A DNA stretch of 32,000 nt. Source: Cereibacter sphaeroides 2.4.1. Its GTDB lineage: Bacteria; Pseudomonadota; Alphaproteobacteria; Rhodobacterales; Rhodobacteraceae. The stretch lies in NCBI RefSeq assembly GCF_000012905.2, contig NC_007494.2:630001-662000 (forward strand), read 5' to 3'. The first letter of the stretch is position 1. Each line of letters starts with the position of its first letter. Position numbers and translations under genes: made by a program. Under the pieces are notes generated by a model. It saw only the letters and a program-made list of their open reading frames with translations, did not search any database and was not told the origin of the DNA. This document shows positions 27,003-32,000 of the stretch, in pieces.

Positions 27003-27030
27003 CCCCGGTCCCCGCGACCGGGGTCCTTTT
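27003..27030 (+). terminator. Intrinsic-terminator-like hairpin CCCCGGTC-CCCGC-GACCGGGG followed by TCCTTTTGTG, 84 nt upstream of sqr
   Basis: An 8-bp perfect stem (27003-27010 / 27016-27023) plus a T-tract at 27027-27030. It lies inside the ~770-bp non-coding region, so it could end an sRNA or act as a leader or attenuator. Confidence 0.35.
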
Positions 27031-27113
27031 GTGCCTGTCTACCGCGCCCGCCTCGCCGCTCGACATATTCATGTTTCATGATCTATCGTCTTGGCAGGGA
27101 AGAGGAGGAATCA

Positions 27114-28394
27114 ATGGCGCATGTCGTCGTTCTCGGGGCCGGTCTGGGCGGCTCGATCATGGCCTACGAGTTGCATCAGCAGCTCCGCAGCGAGGACCGG
27201 ATCACTGTCGTGACCCGCGATCCCACCTATCATTTCGTGCCCTCCAACCCGTGGGTGGCGGTGGGCTGGCGGACGCGCAGCCATATCAGCGCCGATCTGG
27301 CGCCGACGATGCAGCGGCTCGGGATCGCCTTTCGGACGGTGCCCGCCACGCGCCTCGTGCCGGCCGAGAACCGGGTGGAGCTCGCCGACGGCACTGCGCT
27401 CGATTACGATTACCTCGTGGTGGCGACCGGCCCCGAGCTTGCCTTCGACGAGATCGAGGGCTTCGGACCCGAGGGCCACACCCAGTCCATCTGCCATGTC
27501 GACCATGCCGAGGCCGCCCATGCGGCCTTCGAGCGGTTCTGCGAAAACCCCGGCCCCATCGTGGTGGGGGCGGCGCAGGGCGCGAGCTGCTTCGGGCCCG
27601 CCTACGAATTCGCCTTCATCCTCGATGCGGCCCTGCGCCGACGCAGGATCCGCGACCGGGTGCCCATGACCTTCGTCACCTCCGAACCCTATATCGGCCA
27701 TCTTGGCCTCGACGGGGTGGGCGACACCAAGGGGCTGCTCGAATCCGCGCTGCGCAGCCGCCATATCAAATGGATCACCTCGGCCCGGATCTCGCGGGTC
27801 GAGGCGGGGACGATGCATGTCGAGGAAGTGGCCGAAGGCGGCGCCACGAAGCCCCATGCCCTGCCCTTCGGCTATGCGATGATGCTGCCTGCCTTCCGGG
27901 GGGTGAAGGCTGTCTCGGGCATCGAGGGGCTCTCGAACCCGCGCGGCTTCACCCTCGTCGATCCTCACCAGCGCAACCCCACCTTCCCCAACATCTTCGC
28001 GGTGGGCGTCTGCGTGGCAATCCCGCCGATGGGGGTCACGCCGGTGCCGGTGGGTGTGCCCAAAACCGGCTTCATGATCGAATCGATGGTCACCGCCACG
28101 GCGCACAACATCGGCGCGCTGGTCCGCGGCAAGGAACCCGACGAGGTCGCCACCTGGAACGCGGTCTGCCTCGCCGATTTCGGCGACCGCGGCATCGCCT
28201 TCATCGCCCAGCCGCAGATCCCGCCGCGCAACGTGAACTGGTCGGCCGAGGGTCGCTGGGTGCATTTCGCCAAGATCGCCTTCGAGAAATACTTCCTGCG
28301 CAAGGTGAAGCTCGGCACGGCCGAGCCGCTTTACGAATGGGCGGCGATGAAGATGCTCGGCATCGACAAGCTCAAGGCCGCCCGCAAGGGATGA
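27114..28394 (+). CDS. sqr: Sulfide:quinone oxidoreductase (type I SQR)
   Basis: 426 aa: MAHVVVLGAGLGGSIMAYEL...YHFVPSNPWVAVGWR...GPELAFDEIEGFGPEGHTQSICHVDHAE...GAAQGASCFGPAYEF...KTGFMIESMVTATAHNIG... It is near-collinear with the R. capsulatus SQR as I recall it. GAGGAGGA SD at 27102-27109. Confidence 0.93.
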   Translation: MAHVVVLGAGLGGSIMAYELHQQLRSEDRITVVTRDPTYHFVPSNPWVAVGWRTRSHISADLAPTMQRLGIAFRTVPATRLVPAENRVELADGTALDYDYLVVATGPELAFDEIEGFGPEGHTQSICHVDHAEAAHAAFERFCENPGPIVVGAAQGASCFGPAYEFAFILDAALRRRRIRDRVPMTFVTSEPYIGHLGLDGVGDTKGLLESALRSRHIKWITSARISRVEAGTMHVEEVAEGGATKPHALPFGYAMMLPAFRGVKAVSGIEGLSNPRGFTLVDPHQRNPTFPNIFAVGVCVAIPPMGVTPVPVGVPKTGFMIESMVTATAHNIGALVRGKEPDEVATWNAVCLADFGDRGIAFIAQPQIPPRNVNWSAEGRWVHFAKIAFEKYFLRKVKLGTAEPLYEWAAMKMLGIDKLKAARKG

Positions 28395-28434
28395 CCCCTT
28401 GCCAATCCGCGCGGCGCGGGCCAGCCTGCGCCGT

Positions 28435-29505
28435 ATGGACAGCGATTTTCTCATCATCGGTGGGGGCATAGCCGGTGTCTCGGCCGCCGCCCGCCTCTCG
28501 GAGCTCGGCTCGGTCACGCTGCTCGAGGCCGAGGACGCGCTCGCGCATCACGCCTCGAGCCGGTCCGCCGCACTCTACGAGCCGCGCTACGGCCTGCCGC
28601 CGGTGGTCGAGCTGTCGCTCGCCTCGGGCGATTTCTTCCGGGCAGCCGACGGCATCCTCTCGCCGCGGGGCCTCCTGGTCGTGGGCCGCGAGGCCGAGCG
28701 TGAGCAGTTTGAGGACGAGACGGTGGGGATGCATCTCGAGCGCATCTCGGCCGAAGAGGCGCGGGCTGCCGTGCCGATCCTGCGCCCCGACGTGACGCTC
28801 GCGGCCCGCGCCGACCATGCCTGGGACATCGATACCGACCGGCTTCTGCAGGGCTTCGCCCGCGAGGCCCGCGCCCGTGGCGCCCGGATCGTCACGAAGG
28901 CGCGGGTCGGCGCCATCGCGCGCGACGGGGCGGGCTGGCGCGTCGAGGCGGGCGAAAGCTACCGTGCGCGCATCCTCGTCAATGCAGCCGGTGCCTGGGC
29001 CGACGGGGTGGCCGCGCTCTCAGGCGTGCGGCCCCTGGGCCTCGTGCCCTACCGCCGCTCGATGGCGCGCATTCCGGCGCCCGGCGGCCACGACATCTCG
29101 CGCTGGCCCATGATCTTCGGCGTGGGCGAAAGCTGGTATGCCAAGCCCGATGCCGGCGCGCTGATCGTCTCGCCCGCCGACGAGGATCCGCAGGAGCCCC
29201 ACGACGCCTGGGCCGACGACATGGTGCTGGCCGAGGGCCTCGCCCGCTACGAGGAGATGGTGACCGAGCCCGTGACACGGCTTCTGGCCTCTTGGGCGGG
29301 CCTGCGCACCTTCGCCCCCGACCGGGTGCTGGTGATCGGCGAGGATCCGGCCGCACCCGGCTTCTTCTGGCTTGCGGGCCAGGGCGGCTACGGCTTCCAG
29401 ACCTGCCCCGCCGCGAGCCGCCTCGCAGCCGACCTGATCGGCGGGCGCAGCCCCGAGGTGCCGGCGGCGCTGATCGCGGCCCTCTCGCCCGACCGCTTCG
29501 CATGA
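28435..29505 (+). CDS. FAD-dependent oxidoreductase (DAO / glycine-D-amino-acid oxidase family)
   Basis: MDSDFLIIGGGIAGVSAAARLSE is a dinucleotide-binding motif, and the C-terminal part is DAO-like. TTG 28399 is an alternative start. Confidence 0.85.
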   Translation: MDSDFLIIGGGIAGVSAAARLSELGSVTLLEAEDALAHHASSRSAALYEPRYGLPPVVELSLASGDFFRAADGILSPRGLLVVGREAEREQFEDETVGMHLERISAEEARAAVPILRPDVTLAARADHAWDIDTDRLLQGFAREARARGARIVTKARVGAIARDGAGWRVEAGESYRARILVNAAGAWADGVAALSGVRPLGLVPYRRSMARIPAPGGHDISRWPMIFGVGESWYAKPDAGALIVSPADEDPQEPHDAWADDMVLAEGLARYEEMVTEPVTRLLASWAGLRTFAPDRVLVIGEDPAAPGFFWLAGQGGYGFQTCPAASRLAADLIGGRSPEVPAALIAALSPDRFA

Positions 29506-30137
29506 GCCTGCGGCTGCCGGATTCAGGCGCGCCGACCGGTCCGGATGGCCGCCGCCACGCGCCCTCGGCCGACCGCAATGCCGAAGCCATCCTCGCCGTC
29601 CTGCGCGACGAGGCGCCCGAGGGGCGGATGCTCGAGATCGCGGCCGGCACCGGCCAGCATGCCGCCCGCTTTGCGGCGGCGCTTCCGGCCCTTCTGTGGC
29701 AACCGACGGACGTGGACCCCGCAAACCTGCCCTCGATCGAGGCCTGGCGCGAGGCTTCCGGCGCACCGAACCTGCGCGCGCCGATCCTTCTCGACGCCAC
29801 CCGGCCCGGATGGCCGGCCCGCCATCCCTGCGAGGCGCTGCTGATCGTGAACCTCCTGCACCTGATCCCGGAGACGGAGGCCGCGGCCGTCCTCTGTCAT
29901 GCCGCCTCCGCGCTGACCCCGGGCGGCACGCTCTTCCTCTACGGCCCCTTCCTGCGCGACGGCCGCCCCGGCAGCGCAGGCGACGAGAGCTTCGATGCGA
30001 GCCTGCGCGCCCAGAACCCGGAGATCGGCCTCAAGGACAGCACCTGGATCGAGGAACGGCTGGCGGAGGCGGGCCTCGCGGTGCGCAGGATCGAGATGCC
30101 CGCGCACAACCTGATGTTCGTGGCGCGCCGGACCTGA
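29502..30137 (+). CDS. DUF938 family protein (class I SAM-methyltransferase-like)
   Basis: RNAEAILAVL...MLEIAAGTGQHAARFAAALPALLWQPTD...LLIVNLLHLIP...LFLYGPF...FDASLRAQNPEIGLKD...MPAHNLMFV fits the DUF938 pattern. Its ATG overlaps the preceding stop (ATGA at 29502-29505). Confidence 0.75.
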   Translation: MSLRLPDSGAPTGPDGRRHAPSADRNAEAILAVLRDEAPEGRMLEIAAGTGQHAARFAAALPALLWQPTDVDPANLPSIEAWREASGAPNLRAPILLDATRPGWPARHPCEALLIVNLLHLIPETEAAAVLCHAASALTPGGTLFLYGPFLRDGRPGSAGDESFDASLRAQNPEIGLKDSTWIEERLAEAGLAVRRIEMPAHNLMFVARRT

Positions 30138-30396
30138 AGCGCAGCCCGGGCCGCGACCGGAGATCCGGCAGCGGCGGCTGCGCCCGCTGAGCCGCCCCCC
30201 GCCGTCAGGCTCTGGTCGCGCTGCTGCCCGCCTGCTGACATCGAGGCGCGGTCCCGCAGCCCGGCCCATGTCCGGGCCGCGCCGCCACGGCGACCGGCTA
30301 CGGCAGGTCCGCGGCCGGAACTCCTCCTCCGAGGGGTGACAGGCGACCTCGCTTGCGGCACAGTCGCGCCTGTTCTCCTCATCGCTCCGGAGCCCC

Positions 30397-31188
30397 ATGA
30401 CCCGACGCCTCCTAGCCCTCGGCCTCGCCGCGCTGCTTCTGTCCTGCGGCCGGCCGGAGGTCATCGCCGAACTGCCTTCCGGCCAGACCGTCACCGTCGC
30501 CCAGCCGAGCTTCGGCGATGCCAAGCCCCACCCCTGGAGCGGCCGGGCGCCCTCGAGCTACCAGGTCCACGGGATCGACGTCTCGCGCTTCCAGGGCCCG
30601 ATCGACTGGCCCACCGCCGCCTCGGCCGGCGTCTCCTTCGCCTTCATCAAGGCCACCGAAGGCGGCGACCGGGTGGATGCTGCCTTCCACGAGAACTGGC
30701 GCGGCGCCGGCCGCGCGGGTGTGCCGCGCGGCGCCTACCATTTCTTCTATTTCTGCCGCCCGGCCGCGGAACAGGCCGACTGGTTCATCCGGACCGTGCC
30801 GAAGTCCCCGCGCGCCCTGCCGCCGGTGCTCGACATGGAATGGAACCCCTTCTCGCCCACCTGCACCTTCCGGCCCGAGCCCGCGGTCGTCCGGGCCGAG
30901 GCGCTCACCTTCCTGCGTCAGGTCGGTGCCCATTACGGCAGGCGCCCGATCATCTATACGACGATCGACTTCTTCGAGCGCAACGAGATGTGGCGCCTGA
31001 CCGGATACGACTTCTGGCTCCGCTCGGTCGCCGCCCATCCGCACGAGCGCTATGCCGGCCATCCCTGGACCTTCTGGCAATATACCGGCACCGGGATCGT
31101 GCCGGGCATCGGCAAGGTCACCGACATCAACGTCTTCAACGGCGACGCCACCCGCTGGGCCGCCTGGCTCGCGCTGAACCTGCGCTGA
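30397..31188 (+). CDS. Glycoside hydrolase family 25 muramidase (lysozyme), lipoprotein
   Basis: Lipobox LLLSCG after a signal peptide. GH25 blocks HGIDVSRFQGPIDW, FAFIKATEG, GAYHFF, LDME, WQYT and DINVFNG are present. Confidence 0.88.
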   Translation: MTRRLLALGLAALLLSCGRPEVIAELPSGQTVTVAQPSFGDAKPHPWSGRAPSSYQVHGIDVSRFQGPIDWPTAASAGVSFAFIKATEGGDRVDAAFHENWRGAGRAGVPRGAYHFFYFCRPAAEQADWFIRTVPKSPRALPPVLDMEWNPFSPTCTFRPEPAVVRAEALTFLRQVGAHYGRRPIIYTTIDFFERNEMWRLTGYDFWLRSVAAHPHERYAGHPWTFWQYTGTGIVPGIGKVTDINVFNGDATRWAAWLALNLR

Positions 31189-31204
31189 GCCTTTCACGCT
31201 GGTG

Positions 31205-31262
31205 CAAATATCCTCGGGGGGGCCGCCGGCCCCGGCCGGCGGCGGGGGGCAGACAGCCCCCC
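31205..31262 (+). repeat. GC-rich palindromic repeat element, short copy (58 bp), intergenic between convergent genes
   Basis: It has the same 18-nt and 19-nt end blocks as the xdhA copy and a single inner hairpin (31223-31242). It fills most of the 84-bp gap between stops 31188 and 31273 and probably works as a bidirectional terminator structure. Confidence 0.8.
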
Positions 31263-31272
31263 GTCCCCGGGA

Positions 31273-32000
31273 TCAGCCGTCCTGACGGATCCGAACGTTC
31301 TTCGGATCGTAGGGCGAATCCTCGGCCACCACGGCCTCGCAGGTCTCGCGGAACATGCGCAGCTGCAGCTTCGTGCCCACCTCGGCCAGATCGGGGCGGA
31401 CATAGCCCATGCCGATCTGCTTGCCGAAGGCCACCGACCAGCCGCCCGAGGTGAGCCGGCCCACCTTCTCGCCGTTCAGAAGCAGCGCCTCCTTGCCCCA
31501 CGGATCGGCATCCGCCGGCCCGTCGATCAGGAGCGTCACGCATTTCGAGCGGATGCCGGTCGCGAGCATCGCTTCCTTGCCCTGAAAGTCCTTGCCGAGG
31601 TCGATGAACCGGTCGAGCCCCGCTTCCATCGGCGTCGCATCGCGGCCGAGCTCGTTGCCGAAGGCGCGGTAGCTCTTTTCCTGCCGCAGCCAGTTCTGCG
31701 CCCGCGCCCCCACGAGCTTCAGCCCGTGCTTTTCGCCCGCCTTCAGCAGCAGGTCCCAGAGATAGGTCGACATCTCGATCGGATGGTGCAGCTCCCACCC
31801 GAGTTCGCCCGTATAGGCCACCCGCACCGCCCGCACCGGGCACATGCCAAGCTCGATGTCGCGGTAGCTGAGCCAGGGGAAACGCTTGTTCGAGAGCCGG
31901 GTGGCGGGGTCGGCATCCTTCACCACCTCGTTCAGGATCGCGCGCGCATTGGGTCCGGCCAGCGCAAAGACCCCCCACTGGGTCGTCACGTCATGGATGT
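31273..32000 (-). CDS. 3' part of an FAD-dependent dehydrogenase with a GcvT-type aminomethyltransferase/folate-binding C-terminal domain (dimethylglycine/sarcosine dehydrogenase family); the 5' end lies beyond the right edge
   Basis: ...VAYTGELGWELHHPIEMSTYLWDLLLKAGEKHGLKLVGARAQNWLRQEKSYRAFGNELG...GKEALLLNGEKVGRLTSGGWSVAFGKQIGMGYV is typical of a GcvT C-terminal barrel. The frame stays open to position 32000. Confidence 0.85.
   Translation of the reverse strand, partial: IHDVTTQWGVFALAGPNARAILNEVVKDADPATRLSNKRFPWLSYRDIELGMCPVRAVRVAYTGELGWELHHPIEMSTYLWDLLLKAGEKHGLKLVGARAQNWLRQEKSYRAFGNELGRDATPMEAGLDRFIDLGKDFQGKEAMLATGIRSKCVTLLIDGPADADPWGKEALLLNGEKVGRLTSGGWSVAFGKQIGMGYVRPDLAEVGTKLQLRMFRETCEAVVAEDSPYDPKNVRIRQDG

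Noticed and set aside
26262-27081. ORFs of 76-185 aa on both strands in the sqr upstream interval (26262-26771, 26524-27081, 26313-26831, 26849-27079).
   Set aside because: They have Arg/Pro/Gly/Ser-rich junk composition, no SD, and mutually overlapping frames. The region is treated as non-coding.
1-32000. A search for CRISPR arrays, rRNA, tRNA, integrase genes and long direct repeats flanking the 438-6497 accessory region.
   Set aside because: I could see no regularly spaced repeats, no rRNA or tRNA signatures, no tyrosine or serine recombinase ORF, and no convincing flanking direct repeats. An exhaustive repeat search was not possible by eye.

Overview
This is a high-GC alphaproteobacterial chromosome segment. 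Gene content and protein sequences point to Rhodobacteraceae (Rhodobacter/Cereibacter-like).

Core region, about 6.5-32 kb. It carries nrdJ, a DUF1489 gene, hisG-hisZ-hisS, slyX and dnaE. Next comes xdhABC, translationally coupled to a BMP-family ABC importer. After that are sqr, a DAO-family oxidoreductase, a DUF938 gene, a GH25 lipoprotein muramidase and the 3' part of a GcvT-domain dehydrogenase.

Accessory region, 438-6497. It starts just upstream of the 5' end of a giant adhesin/RTX-like gene.
- 1034-4533 holds a decayed Tn5053/Tn7-type transposition module: tniA with a frameshift, and a frameshifted, truncated tniB. The tniB remnant abuts an orphan C-terminal fragment of a type I restriction hsdR.
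- 4534-6497 is a visibly lower-GC islet. It carries a 303-codon reading frame with an RNxxxH (HEPN-type) motif, split by a single in-frame TAA. This frame converges on a gene for a TIR-domain protein that has a Ser/Gly/Tyr-rich low-complexity N-terminus.

I rank the TIR plus HEPN-like islet as the best candidate for an undescribed defence module, although it may be partly inactivated.

Second notable observation: a GC-rich palindromic repeat family has one intergenic copy and two copies inside coding sequence. One is an exact 35-codon in-frame insertion in xdhA. The other is an inverted minimal copy inside an extra segment of xdhB.

No rRNA, tRNA or CRISPR array was found. All family calls rest on my reading of the translated ORFs; no database search was run.
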